A DNA stretch of 64,000 nucleotides from Chloroflexota bacterium. GTDB taxonomy: Bacteria; Chloroflexota; Limnocylindria; P2-11E. Positions 1-10,194 of the stretch are shown in pieces. Under the pieces are notes generated by a model. That model did no database searches and was not told where the DNA came from. It saw only the letters and a list, made by a program, of their open reading frames with translations. The stretch lies in the NCBI GenBank assembly GCA_005883625.1, contig VBDU01000080.1, positions 41,453-105,452 on the forward strand, read 5' to 3'. How positions within the stretch are numbered: the stretch's first letter is position 1; each line of letters begins with the position of its first letter. The translations under genes and the position numbers were made by a program.

Positions 1-818
1 AGGGGAGCTTCGTGCTCGACGCCGAGGTGCTGGCGATCAAGGACGACCGCGCGATCCCGTTCACCCGCTTCCAGCGCCGGCTCGGCCGGAAGAACGTGAG
101 CGAGGAGCTTCGCAGCGCGCTGCCCGCGACCCTCATCGTGTTCGACGTCCTCGAGCGCGACGGCCGCGCGCTCCTCGAGCTGCCGCTCGACGAGCGACAA
201 ACCATCCTGCGGGCGCTCCCACTCACGGGGCCGCTCGTCTTCGCGCGGCAGCTGCGGCTTGCCGAAAGCGGCGAGGAGCTCGTCGCCCGGCTCGATCGTG
301 AGTTCGAGGCGGCGAGGGCCCGCGGGAACGAGGGGCTCATGGTGAAGGACCCGCGCTCGCGCTACCGGCCGGGCCGGCGAGGCATGGAGTGGCTGAAGGT
401 CAAGCGCGCACTGCGAAGCCTCGACGTGGTCGTGACCGCGGTCGAGTGGGGACACGGCAAGAGGCGCGAGGTCCTCTCCGACTACACGTTCGCGGTGCGC
501 GACGGCGAGCGGCTCCTCAACGTCGGGAAGGCCTACTCGGGACTCACCGACAAGGAGATCGCGGAGATGACCCGGCACTTCCTCGCGACGACCGTGCGCG
601 ACTACGGACGCGTGCGCCTCGTCGTTCCCGAGACGGTCATCGAGGTCGCCTTCGACCAGATCCAGCGGAGCGACCGTCACGAGTCGGGCTACGCCCTTCG
701 CTTCCCGCGCATCGTTCGGCTGCGGCCGGACAAGCCCGTGGCCGAGATCGACACGCTCGACACGGTGCGCGGGATCGCGGCGGACCTCGACCCGACGGCG
801 CCTGAGCGAGAGTCATAA
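1..818 (+). CDS. ATP-dependent DNA ligase, C-terminal part (LigD/LigC-like); 5' end lies outside the window
   Basis: Reading frame is open from the window start. Ligase motifs EGLMVKD...RGMEWLKVK and an OB-fold region are present. Confidence 0.75.
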   Translation, partial: GSFVLDAEVLAIKDDRAIPFTRFQRRLGRKNVSEELRSALPATLIVFDVLERDGRALLELPLDERQTILRALPLTGPLVFARQLRLAESGEELVARLDREFEAARARGNEGLMVKDPRSRYRPGRRGMEWLKVKRALRSLDVVVTAVEWGHGKRREVLSDYTFAVRDGERLLNVGKAYSGLTDKEIAEMTRHFLATTVRDYGRVRLVVPETVIEVAFDQIQRSDRHESGYALRFPRIVRLRPDKPVAEIDTLDTVRGIAADLDPTAPERES

Positions 819-828
819 TCCGCGCGAG

Positions 829-2010
829 ATGCCGCCGAGCGAGGCACAACAGCTCGAAACGCTTCTCGAGCTCCAGCGGGACGTCGCCCTCGAAGCGAAC
901 ATCGACCGTGTCCTCGAACGCATCGCCGCCACCGCGAAGGCGATGCTCGACGCGGACCGCGCGACACTCTACGTCGTCGACCAAGGACGGAACGAGATCT
1001 GGTCCCGCGTGCTCACCGAGGGCGAGGTCCCCGAAGGCGTCGAGCCCGTACGCGAGATACGTCTCCCCCTCGACGGTCGCAGTCTCGCGGCCGAGGTCGC
1101 CCGGACGGGCCACGTGCTGCGGATCGACGATCCGTACGACGATCCGCGGTTCGACCCGAGCGTCGACGCTCGGACGGGCTATCGCACGCGATCGATCCTG
1201 GTCGTGCCGATCGAATCACGGGACCGCCGCCGTATCGGCGTGCTCCAGGCGGTGAACCATCACGACGGGCCGTTTCGCGCCGAGGACGAGCGGTACGCGC
1301 AGGCGCTGGCGACCGAGGCGGATATCGCGCTGGAGTACGTCCAGCTCTCCGGCGACCTGGCCGTCGAGCGGCTCCGCGTGGTGAAGGTCGCCGAAGAGGA
1401 GCGCCACCGCCTCGCGCGCGACCTCCACGACGGCGTGGCGCAGACGCTGGCGAACGCGGCGCTCGGCATCGAGCTCGCGCAGCGGCGCGCACGGCAGGAT
1501 CTCGGCGCGGCGCTCGCCGACCTCGAGCAGCTCCGAGGCCGGCTCGTCGAGTCGCAGAAGGGCCTGCGCGACATCCTCTTCGCCCTCCGCCCGCTCGCGC
1601 TCGAGGAGGGCGGGCTCGGCCCGGCCGTGCGCGCGCTCGCCGACCGCATCAACGGGACGAATGGCTCGAGCGTCGTCGCGCGCCGGATCGACGCGAAGCG
1701 CCGGCTCGCGCCGGAGGTCGAGGCGGGCGCCTTCACCGTCATCCGCGAGGCGGCAAACAACGCGATCAAGACCGGCCGCGCGCCGCACGTCTCGCTCGAC
1801 GTCTACGAAGACGCCGGAGCGGTCGTCGCGCTCGTCGAGGACGACGGCCGCGGCTTCGACGTCGCGTCGACGCTCGCGACCTACGCGGACCGCGGCAGCC
1901 TCGGTCTCCTGCAGATGCGCGAGTCGGCGCGCCTCATCGGCGCTCAGCTCTCCTTCGACTCGAGCCCGGGCCAGGGGACGCGCGTCCGCCTCCGGATCCC
2001 GGTGTCATGA
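829..2010 (+). CDS. GAF-domain sensor histidine kinase (HisKA_3/NarL-type dimerisation box plus HATPase_c)
   Basis: N-terminal GAF-like region. H-box HRLARDLHDGVAQTL; C-terminal ATPase motifs (DDGRGFD, GLGL). Confidence 0.8.
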   Translation: MPPSEAQQLETLLELQRDVALEANIDRVLERIAATAKAMLDADRATLYVVDQGRNEIWSRVLTEGEVPEGVEPVREIRLPLDGRSLAAEVARTGHVLRIDDPYDDPRFDPSVDARTGYRTRSILVVPIESRDRRRIGVLQAVNHHDGPFRAEDERYAQALATEADIALEYVQLSGDLAVERLRVVKVAEEERHRLARDLHDGVAQTLANAALGIELAQRRARQDLGAALADLEQLRGRLVESQKGLRDILFALRPLALEEGGLGPAVRALADRINGTNGSSVVARRIDAKRRLAPEVEAGAFTVIREAANNAIKTGRAPHVSLDVYEDAGAVVALVEDDGRGFDVASTLATYADRGSLGLLQMRESARLIGAQLSFDSSPGQGTRVRLRIPVS

Positions 2011-3122
2011 AGCAGCCGGACGCGAAGGATGAGACCGCCTCGGAGGCGGAGCGGCGCCGCATCCCCGGTCGCCGCGCGAGCGACACCGCGGTCTTCGACC
2101 AGGTCGCGTTCGAGGAGGCGTTCGTCGCGCTCACCGATGGCATCCTCCTCACCGACGCCGCCGGGAGGATCACGAGCGCGAACCCCGCCGCCTTCCGCAT
2201 CCTCGGCGAGGACGCGCTCCTCGACGGCGTCTTCGAGGACCTCCTCCTCGTGAGCGGCGCCACGACGGTGCAGGACACCGACCACCTCGTGCGGCGCGCG
2301 TGGTTCCCGCGAGAAGAGCGCATGGGCGTCCTCGAGATCGTGACGACGCCCCTCCTCGGGGGCCGCAAGCTCCACACGGTGCGCGACGTGACCGCGCAGG
2401 CGGAGCTCCTGCGGCTCAAGGAGGAGTTCCTCATGGAAGTCGCGCACGAGCTCCGTACGCCGATCGCGGCCCTCTCGGCGTCCCTCGATCTGGTCTTCGA
2501 GGACGCGCTCACGATGTCGCGCGAGGAGCTCCAGACCCTTGCGGGCACGCTCCGCCGGAGCGCGCTCCGCCTGGAGCACCTGGTCGAGAACCTGCTGGAC
2601 GCCGGGAGCATCGAGGCCGGGACGTTCCAGGTCCGCGTTCTGCCAACGAGCCTTCGCCAGACGCTTTCGGACATGCTCGCCCTCGTGCAGCCGATGCTCG
2701 ACGCGAAGGCCCAGACGCTCCGGATCGAGCTCGCTACAGGTGCCGACCACGTGCTCGCCGACCCGCGCCGAACGACCCAGGTCTTCGCGAACCTCATCAC
2801 GAACGCCAGCAAATACGCGCCTGAGGGCACGCCGGTCACGATCCGAGCGGTCACGGCGGGCGGGTTCGTCCGGGTCACCGTCGCGGACAAGGGGCCAGGC
2901 ATCCCGGCGGACGAGCAGGCACGCCTGTTCCAGCGGTTCTTCCGCTCCCGGAACGTCCGCGAGCAGGCGGGCGGCCTGGGCCTCGGGCTGTCGATCTGTC
3001 GGGCCATCATCCACGCGCAGGGCGGGGACATTTCGATCGAGAGCGCACCGGACCGCGGCACTTCGGTACACTTCACACTCCCAAAGGCGCGGCAGCTCGC
3101 TGAGGAGGCTGATATCTCTTGA
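2007..3122 (+). CDS. PAS-domain sensor histidine kinase (cytoplasmic)
   Basis: PAS-like N-terminus, H-box ELRTPIAAL, N/G1/G2 boxes (NASKYAP, DKGPGIP, GGLGLGLSI). ATGA overlap with the upstream kinase. Confidence 0.8.
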   Translation: MKQPDAKDETASEAERRRIPGRRASDTAVFDQVAFEEAFVALTDGILLTDAAGRITSANPAAFRILGEDALLDGVFEDLLLVSGATTVQDTDHLVRRAWFPREERMGVLEIVTTPLLGGRKLHTVRDVTAQAELLRLKEEFLMEVAHELRTPIAALSASLDLVFEDALTMSREELQTLAGTLRRSALRLEHLVENLLDAGSIEAGTFQVRVLPTSLRQTLSDMLALVQPMLDAKAQTLRIELATGADHVLADPRRTTQVFANLITNASKYAPEGTPVTIRAVTAGGFVRVTVADKGPGIPADEQARLFQRFFRSRNVREQAGGLGLGLSICRAIIHAQGGDISIESAPDRGTSVHFTLPKARQLAEEADIS

Positions 3123-3847
3123 AGCTCTTGGTCGTCGACGACGACCGCGACCTCGTGGAGCTTCTCGAATACGCGCTTCGCCGGGAGGGGTACGACGTCG
3201 TGCGCGCGTACGACGGCGAGGCCGCCGTCGAGGCGGTGAACCGCGACCACCCCGACCTCGTGATCCTCGACATCAACCTGCCCAAGCTCGCCGGCTTCGT
3301 CGTCCTCGAACGGATCCGTCACGTCGACGAGCACGTCGCCGTGCTCATGCTCTCAGCGCGCCAGGACGAAAGCGACGTCCTGCGGGGGCTCCAGCTCGGC
3401 GCCGACGACTACATCACGAAGCCGTTCCGCCCGAAGGAGCTCGTCGCGCGCGTCAAGGCGATCCTCCGCCGTTCGGTGCGCACGCGCGGCCGGCCGGCCC
3501 CGTCCATCTACAAGACCGGCGACCTTATCCTCGACGAGGCGACGCACCAGGTGCGTGCGGCCGACGTGCCTGTGCACCTCTCCCCGACCGAGTTCAAGCT
3601 GCTGCGGCATTTCATGGCTAACCCCGGACGCGTGCTCACGCAGGAAGAGATCCTCGAAGGCGTCTGGGGATACGACGCGGACGTGGGCGGCGACCTCGTG
3701 AAGCTCAACGTAAGCCGGCTGCGACGAAAGCTCGGCGCCGATGGGAAGCCGCGCGACGTGATACAGACCGTCCCCGGCGTCGGCTACCTCTTCCGCGGCG
3801 CTGACGGCGGCGTCCAACGTGAGGAAGCTCGGCCCCGCGCTACCTAG
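3119..3847 (+). CDS. OmpR-family response regulator (REC plus winged helix)
   Basis: MKLLVVDDD...D55-like DLPKL; C-terminal trans_reg_C motifs. TTG start overlapping the kinase stop. Confidence 0.85.
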   Translation: MKLLVVDDDRDLVELLEYALRREGYDVVRAYDGEAAVEAVNRDHPDLVILDINLPKLAGFVVLERIRHVDEHVAVLMLSARQDESDVLRGLQLGADDYITKPFRPKELVARVKAILRRSVRTRGRPAPSIYKTGDLILDEATHQVRAADVPVHLSPTEFKLLRHFMANPGRVLTQEEILEGVWGYDADVGGDLVKLNVSRLRRKLGADGKPRDVIQTVPGVGYLFRGADGGVQREEARPRAT

Positions 3848-5118
3848 TCGGCGACCTCGCTGAGACGGCGGCGCGTGGCCTCGAGATCGACCGAGTTCGA
3901 GAACACGGGATAGACGGCGAAGCCCGTCGCCTTCGAGATCGCGTCGACCGCCGAGGGGTTTGGCTGCGGGAGTGCGACCGTGAGCACCTGGCCTTCGCGG
4001 CCGACGACGAGCACGTTCCACTCGGACGCGAGCGTCCGCGGGATCAACGTCTGCAGCTCGCGCGTGGCGAGGCGAGCCGGCTCGGCGAGGTAGGGCGCGG
4101 GCGGAAGCGCGATCGCCCGCGAGCGCATCGCACCGTTGGGCCCATCCGCGAAGCTGTGCTCCCACACGCGGATCCCGCCACCCGACTGCTTCGCGCGGTA
4201 CATCGCCGTGTCCGCGGTCTCGACCAGCGTCGCGGCGTCGCCCGCCGGGCGCGGGAACGTGGCGACGCCGATCGAGAGGCCGAGACGCTCGCCCGCGGCG
4301 ATGAGCTCCTCCGGCAGCGAGACGCTCTCGGCCTTTTCGAGGATCCGGCGCGCGACGCGTGATGCGGCTTCGGTGTCGGCGTCGGGCAGGATCACGGCGA
4401 ACTCGTCGCCGCCGTAGCGCGTCGGCACGTCGTACAGGCGGACGGCCTGCTTGATCGCTGACGCGACGGCCTTGAGGACGAGGTCGCCGACACGATGTCC
4501 GTACCGGTCGTTGTATTGCTTGAACCGGTCCACGTCGATCATGAGGAGCGCGAGCAGATGCTCCGCGCGCAGCGCCCGGTTCGCCTCCGCCTCGAGCCGG
4601 CGATCGAAGTGGCGGCGGTTGAAGAGCCACGTGAGCGGGTCGGTCTCGGCGAGGCGCTGCAGGGCCTCGCCCTGCTCCTGCTGTACGAGGACCGCGCCGA
4701 TGTGCGACGCGAGCAGCTCGAGCGTCGCGAGGTCTTGCATCTCGAAGGGCTGCCCGTCCTCGCGCTCGGTGACGTTCAGGACGCCGCGCGGCTCGTCGTC
4801 GATGACGATCGGTACGCTGATGAACGACTCGGAGCGGTAGCGACTGTCGCCCGCCGCCCGCATCGGGGCATCGGCAGCGGCGCGGACGAGCAAGGGCCGG
4901 CGCGACGCGACGACGTGTCCAACGACGCCCTCGCCGGGGCGGATCCGTACCTCGCGCATGACCTCGTCCGCCAGACCGCGCGCGCGCGCGATCACGAACT
5001 CGCTCGAGCCGCCCTCGCGCAAGACCAGCGAGGCCCGCTCTCCACGAACGAGGTCCGTGGCGACCCTAAAAATGGAGTCGAGCAGATCCTGAGCTCGACG
5101 CTCCGTCGCGCTCTCCAC
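3844..5118 (-). CDS. GAF-GGDEF diguanylate cyclase with C-terminal T2SSE_N/MshEN-like domain
   Basis: GAF N-terminus, RYGGDEF active-site motif, C-terminal LIPRTLASEWNVLVVGREGQVLTVALPQPNP..FAVYPVFS resembling the GspE N-terminal fold. Confidence 0.75.
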   Translation of the reverse strand: MESATERRAQDLLDSIFRVATDLVRGERASLVLREGGSSEFVIARARGLADEVMREVRIRPGEGVVGHVVASRRPLLVRAAADAPMRAAGDSRYRSESFISVPIVIDDEPRGVLNVTEREDGQPFEMQDLATLELLASHIGAVLVQQEQGEALQRLAETDPLTWLFNRRHFDRRLEAEANRALRAEHLLALLMIDVDRFKQYNDRYGHRVGDLVLKAVASAIKQAVRLYDVPTRYGGDEFAVILPDADTEAASRVARRILEKAESVSLPEELIAAGERLGLSIGVATFPRPAGDAATLVETADTAMYRAKQSGGGIRVWEHSFADGPNGAMRSRAIALPPAPYLAEPARLATRELQTLIPRTLASEWNVLVVGREGQVLTVALPQPNPSAVDAISKATGFAVYPVFSNSVDLEATRRRLSEVAD

Positions 5119-5293
5119 GTTTCCCCTCTCCTGCGTCCAACCCGACCGGCGGGGCAGGCAGGCTATTTCGGGCCCACGCTGCTTCGCGATCCGGTCGCCG
5201 GGAGTGTCGGCCGCTCCTACCGTCGGAACAAGCGGGCCTTGTATCGGACCGCGGTCAGAGCAGGATCAGGTGACTCCGCTCCCGCGTTGTCTG

Positions 5294-6013
5294 TTAAGTC
5301 TTTTGCACCGCGAGCACGACCTTTGTCGGTTTGTCCACGCCAGGTGCGTTCTCGAGCGAAACCGCGGCGCCATCTCCGGGCGCGAACGGCGCGCTCAACA
5401 CCACGGTGAACACCCCGTTGGCATCCGCGGTACCCGCCGGGATCGCGGCCTGGCCGCGTAGCACCCACGCTTCCCACGTCTTTCCGGAGGGCGGAGCGGG
5501 AAGCCGCAGGACGAGATACGGCGAACCCTGCGGTGGGATGACGAGCGCGCCGCGCGCGTCCGGCGCATCGGGCGTCGCCGCGAGCGCCACGACTCGGCCC
5601 TCGGCGACGCCGGCGAGGGCGCGCGCGTAGGCGTCCGCATCGCGTCGCGTCTGGCCCACCACCGCGAAGGCAATGACGAGAAGGGCGACCAGCGCGACCG
5701 GCACCACGAGCGGCACGGGGCGGGCCAGGAGCGAGCGCAGCGCGGTGGTCCACGTCGCAGTCCCCACACCCCGCGCGCCGCGCTCGCGCAACACGATCTT
5801 CGTCCGCAGCCCCGCCGGCGGCTCGCGCGTCGCGGCGAGCGCGGCGACGTCGAAGAGCGCCTCGCGATGCGCCGCGACCTCGCGCGCGCACGTGTCGCAT
5901 CGCGCGACATGCGTCTCCACCTCGCGCGCTTCCGCGGCATCGAGCGCGCCGAGCGCGAACGCCGGGAGGTCGTCGGTCGGATGCCGCTGCATGCGGACCG
6001 TCTCGTCGCTCAT
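5294..6013 (-). CDS. Zinc-binding anti-sigma factor (RskA-like) with transmembrane segment
   Basis: HVARCDTCAREVAAH zinc motif, single TM helix, periplasmic C-domain. ATGA overlap with the sigma gene. Confidence 0.7.
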   Translation of the reverse strand: MSDETVRMQRHPTDDLPAFALGALDAAEAREVETHVARCDTCAREVAAHREALFDVAALAATREPPAGLRTKIVLRERGARGVGTATWTTALRSLLARPVPLVVPVALVALLVIAFAVVGQTRRDADAYARALAGVAEGRVVALAATPDAPDARGALVIPPQGSPYLVLRLPAPPSGKTWEAWVLRGQAAIPAGTADANGVFTVVLSAPFAPGDGAAVSLENAPGVDKPTKVVLAVQKT

Positions 6014-6654
6014 GTGTCGCGGGGACTCCGCCCCCGCGTCCCCCCGTCCTCGTCAAGCTCCGCGAGGCGCTCGCGGAGCTTCGCCATCGCGAGCCGCACC
6101 CGGCTCTTCACGGTGCCGAGCGGCGTTCCGGTCCGGGCGGCGATCTCGCGCTGCGAGTAGCCGCCCCAGAAGGCGAGGCCGAGCACGTCGCGCTGCTCCG
6201 CGGGCAGGCCCGCGATCGCCTCGCGCACGCGCTCGGCGCGCAGGCGCGCCAACACGCGCTCGTCCACACGTCCCTCGGCGGTGAGATCGAATGCGGCGTC
6301 GATCATCGTCTCGCGCTCCAGTCGCTTGCCCTTCGTCCGGCGCCAGTCGATGGCGGCATTGCGACAGATCGCGAGCAGCCACGTGCGCACCGATCCGCGC
6401 TCCGCGCGATAGCTTCGCGCCTGGCGCCAGACGGAGTGGAATGCATCCTGGGTGACCTCTTCCGCGGCCTCGGGACTTGCGACCATGCGGAACAGGACGC
6501 CGAAGGCGACGCGACCGTACCGGTCGTAGAGCTCGCCGAGCGCCTCGGCGTCTCCCGCGGCGATCCGCTCGATGAGCCGCATGTCATCCGACCCTTTGTC
6601 GGCCCTTACGACATCGGCGGCATTCTCGGATGACCGGGACCTGTCGACCGGCAC
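6010..6654 (-). CDS. ECF (sigma-70 family) RNA polymerase sigma factor; the real start is probably the internal Met near 6582
   Basis: Region 2 and region 4 motifs (FDVLFRMV..; GYSQREIAARTGTPLGTVKSR). Confidence 0.8.
   Translation of the reverse strand: MPVDRSRSSENAADVVRADKGSDDMRLIERIAAGDAEALGELYDRYGRVAFGVLFRMVASPEAAEEVTQDAFHSVWRQARSYRAERGSVRTWLLAICRNAAIDWRRTKGKRLERETMIDAAFDLTAEGRVDERVLARLRAERVREAIAGLPAEQRDVLGLAFWGGYSQREIAARTGTPLGTVKSRVRLAMAKLRERLAELDEDGGTRGRSPRDT
6019..6045. repeat. G/C hairpin repeat (GCGGGG-loop-CCCCGC plus C-run) inside the ECF sigma 3' end
   Basis: Inverted G-run/C-run, then TCCCCCC. Encodes the Gly/Arg/Pro-rich C-terminal tail. Confidence 0.5.
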
Positions 6655-6655
6655 A

Positions 6656-9600
6656 TTATTGCCACTCGCGGGCGGCGATCTTCACGAAGAGGCGAAGCCC
6701 GTCGAGCCGTTTGGCCAGGACGGAGATGACGCCGTCCACCGTCTGCAGCGCGCCCGCGACGACGATCGCCGATTCGCTGTCCAGGACGCGCTTGTACCGC
6801 TGGTACGTCGCCGGACGGATGATCACGTTCGCCATCCCTGTCTCGTCCTCGAGTGAGAGGAACACGTGGCCTTTCGCGGTCTCGGGGTGCTGTTTCACCA
6901 CCACGGCCCCGGCGATGTGGACGAGCTCGCCGTGACGATGGTCTGCCAGATCGCAGGCGCGAAGGACCCCGCGCCTTTGAAGGTCGTCGCGGTAGAAGTG
7001 CATCACCTGCGGGCCGGTCGGGATGCCGGTGATGCGGTAATCGAGCGCGGTCCGCTCTTGCTCGCCGAGCGCGGGCAGCGCCGGCGCCTCGGTCGTGGGG
7101 AGCGCGAGCGCGCGCCTGGCGTACGAGGGCGAGGTCCGATGCGCATCGCGCGCGCGCCAGAGGAGCGCGCGGCGCGGCTCGCCGAAGCGATCGAACGCGC
7201 CGACGAGCGCGAGATTCCGCAGCGCTTCCTCCTTGAGGCCGGCGCGTGCTGCGAAATCGTCGAAACCCCTGAACGGTCCGCCGCGCCCGCGCTCCTCGAC
7301 GATCGCCTTCGCCTCCGCATCGCCGAGTCCCTTCACGCTCTCGAGCCCGAGCCTCACGTCGTGAACGCGACATGTCCGATGGGCCGCGATCGTCCGCGAT
7401 GTGTCGACTGGATGCGCCGACGAGGCCGCCGAGGCTTCTCGGGATGTCTCGCGTGCTCGCGGGTCCCTTCTCCCCGTCCTGTCGGATGGCTCGGAGCCCC
7501 TGACGGCCGGCTCGCTGGGGGAGAGTCCCGCTCCGCCGCGAGACACCCCTCGCGCCTCGTCAGCCCCGTCGGCACCGGCTCAGTCCCACAGCTCGACAAT
7601 CGCTTTCGCAGAAGACTCGTTCACTTCGACCGGCAGGATCGCGACGCCGTGTCTCTTCGCATCCCCCGCGATAACAGCAGGGCTGTAGAAGCCCATGGGT
7701 TGATTGTTTAGGAGCGCGACATAGAACTCGGCGGGGTAGTAGAGCTTGAGGTGCGCGGTGTGATACGCGGTGAGCGCGAACGCGGCCGCGTGGCTCTTGC
7801 AGAACCCGAACTCCGCGAACCCCGCGATCTGGTGGAAGATCTCGTTCGCGGTCTTCTCGTCGACGCCGTTGCGGCGCGCGCCGTCGACGAACGGACCGCG
7901 CAGCCGCTCCATGTCCGCGCTCGAGCGCGCGCGGCTCATCGCGCGCCGCAACAGGTCGGCCGCTGCCGGGGAGAACCCCGCGACGGTCATCGCGACGCGG
8001 AGGATCTGCTCCTGGAAGAGGATGACTCCGAGCGTCTCCTTCAGCACCGGCTCGAGGAGGGGATGCGCGTATCGCACCGGCTCCTTGCCCTGACGCCGGC
8101 GGATGTATGGATTCACCGCGTTCCCCTGCAGCGGACCGGGGCGGATGATCGCGACCTCCACGACGATGTCCGCGAAGCAGCGCGGCCGCACGCGCGGGAG
8201 CGCCTGGGCCTGCGCGCGGCTCTCCACCTGGAACAGGCCGATCGTGTCGACCTCGCAGATGAGGTCGTAGACCGCCGGGTCGTCCATCGGGATCGTGCCG
8301 AGCTCAAGGCGCTCGCCGTGCCGCGCCTCGATGTCCGCGACCGCGTCCTTCACGAGCGACAGCGTCCGCAGGCCGAGGAGGTCCATCTTCACGAGTCCGA
8401 GGTCCTCCACGTCGCGCTTGTCGAACTGCGCGACGTTGCGCCCGGGCATCGTGGCGCGCTCGATCGGCACGGTGTCCACGAGCGGCTGCGCGGTGATGAG
8501 CATGCCGCCGTTGTGGATCGAGAGATGGCGCGGGAAGTCCGCGATGGCGAGCGTCAGCTCGCGGAAGAGCGGAAAGCGCTCCCGCTCCTTCGCGTCGAAG
8601 ATCTCGAGGAGCCCTTCGAGCGTGTCCGGAAGCGCGCGCGGTCCCTCCCAGCCGTGCTCCGCCTCCCGTCCGGGATGCCGGTAGGCCGGATGCATGGCCG
8701 CGCTCGGGTAGATGGTCGGATCGACGTGGTACTGGTCGATCGACTTCGCCATCCGGTCGATCGTCTCCGCGCGGAAGCCGAGCGCCTTGGCGACCTCGCG
8801 CGAGGCGGAGCGCGCCCGGTACGTCACCACGTTGCAGACCATCGCCGCGTAGCGCTCGCCGTACTTCGCGTAGACGTACTGGATGACCTCCTCGCGGTCG
8901 TTCGTCGCGATGTCGAGGTCGATGTCGGGCATGGTCCGCGAGTCCTCGGTGAGGAAGCGCTCGAAGAGGAGGTCGTGCTTGATCGGGTCGACCTTCGTGA
9001 TGTCGAGGACGTACGCGACGATCGAGTCCGCCGCCGAGCCCCTGCCCTGCGCCGGGATCCGGCGCTCCTTGCAGAAGCGGACGATGTCCCAGTTGATGAG
9101 GAAGAACTCCGCAAGCCCCGTACGGTCGATCACGTCGAGCTCGTGCGCGAGCTGCCGCGAGACGGCCGGCGTGATGCGCGGGTAGCGCTCGCGCGCGCCC
9201 TCCTGGCAGAGGGCATAGAGGAAGGAGAACGCCGTGTGGCCTTCGGGGACCGGGAAGCCCGGGAGGCGGTCCTTCCCCACGAACGTCGAGGGGGCGTCGC
9301 CCCCTCGAACCCCCGGTCCCAGGCCGAGGAGATCGTCGGCGCACGCGTCCGCGATGACGCGCGCGTTCCGGAACGCCTCATCGAAGCGGTCCAGGCGCTG
9401 ACGGAGCGAGACCTCGTCCTTCAGCCAGTACTCGCCGTTCGGCTTGAGCGCCTTCCCCGCCTCGTCGAGCGTGAGCCCGAGATCGATGCAGCGCAGGACG
9501 TCATGGAGCCGCCGCCCCTCCGGGCGCGCGTAGTGGACGTTGTTCGTGACGACGCACCCGAGCCCCTGCTCCCCAGCGAGCGAGGCGAGCGTGTCGCAGA

Positions 9601-10114
9601 TCACGGGATCGTCGGGATCGAGGTGATCGGAGAGCTCGACGTAGCAGCGCTCGCCGAAGACCGAGGCCAGCCGGGCGAGCGTCTCGCGCGCCGCGTCGAG
9701 GTCGCCCGAGCGGACCGCGCGCGGCACCGCCCCGTGGGCGCAGCCAGTAAGCGCGAAGAGCCCCGCGGCGTTCTCGCGGACGAGCGCGAACGTCGCGCGC
9801 GGCTTGGTCTTCTCGCCCGCGAGCTGCGCCGCCGAGATGATCCGGCAGAGGCTCGTCCAGCCCTGACGATCGCGGGCGATGACGACGAGGTGCCCGGCGT
9901 CCAGCAGGTGCAGCTCGGCGCCGTAGAGCGGCTTGAGGCCGCGCTCTCTGGCCGCGTTCGCGAACCGCACCGCGCCGTAGAGGCCGTTCGTGTCGGTGAG
10001 GGCGAGCGCGTCCATGCCCGCGTCGGCCGCCGCGTCGACGAGGTCGCCCACGTCTGACGCGCCGTCGAGGAAGCTGGAGTTGCTGTGGCAGTGCAGCTCG
10101 ACCCAGCCAGGCAT
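6656..10114 (-). CDS. dnaE2: Error-prone DNA polymerase DnaE2/ImuC, interrupted by an in-frame TGA at 7580-7582 (same frame continues for 296 more codons)
   Basis: PHP domain MPGWVELHCHSNSSFLDGAS, Pol III alpha palm/fingers, then HhH (VKGLGDAEAKAI) and OB fold after the stop. Both segments share one frame (codon first bases are 1 mod 3). Confidence 0.85.
9287..9316. repeat. G/C hairpin repeat (CGAGGGGGC-GTC-GCCCCCTCG, then AACCCCCGG), in-frame inside dnaE2
   Basis: 9-bp perfect stem, 3-nt loop. Translated as GPGVRGGDAPS. Confidence 0.6.
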
Positions 10115-10150
10115 CCGCGCTCCCCACCGCTCCCCCGGCCCGGAGCGTCT

Positions 10151-10166
10151 TAGAACGTTTGTTCTA
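10151..10166. promoter_or_regulatory. Candidate LexA (SOS) operator TAGAACGTTTGTTCTA, 37 nt upstream of the dnaE2 start
   Basis: Perfect palindrome TAGAAC-N4-GTTCTA (Gram-positive GAAC-N4-GTTC type). The same half-sites recur at 14661-14676. Confidence 0.6.
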
Positions 10167-10194
10167 GACTATCTGAGCCCGGGAATGGGCGCGA

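Noticed and set aside
7580-7582. The dnaE2 in-frame TGA as a selenocysteine codon, given the tRNA-Sec nearby.
   Set aside because: The codon lies in a non-conserved Ala/Gly/Asp linker. There is no convincing SECIS-like stem-loop within 10-30 nt downstream, and DnaE2 is not a known selenoprotein. Kept only as a remote possibility.
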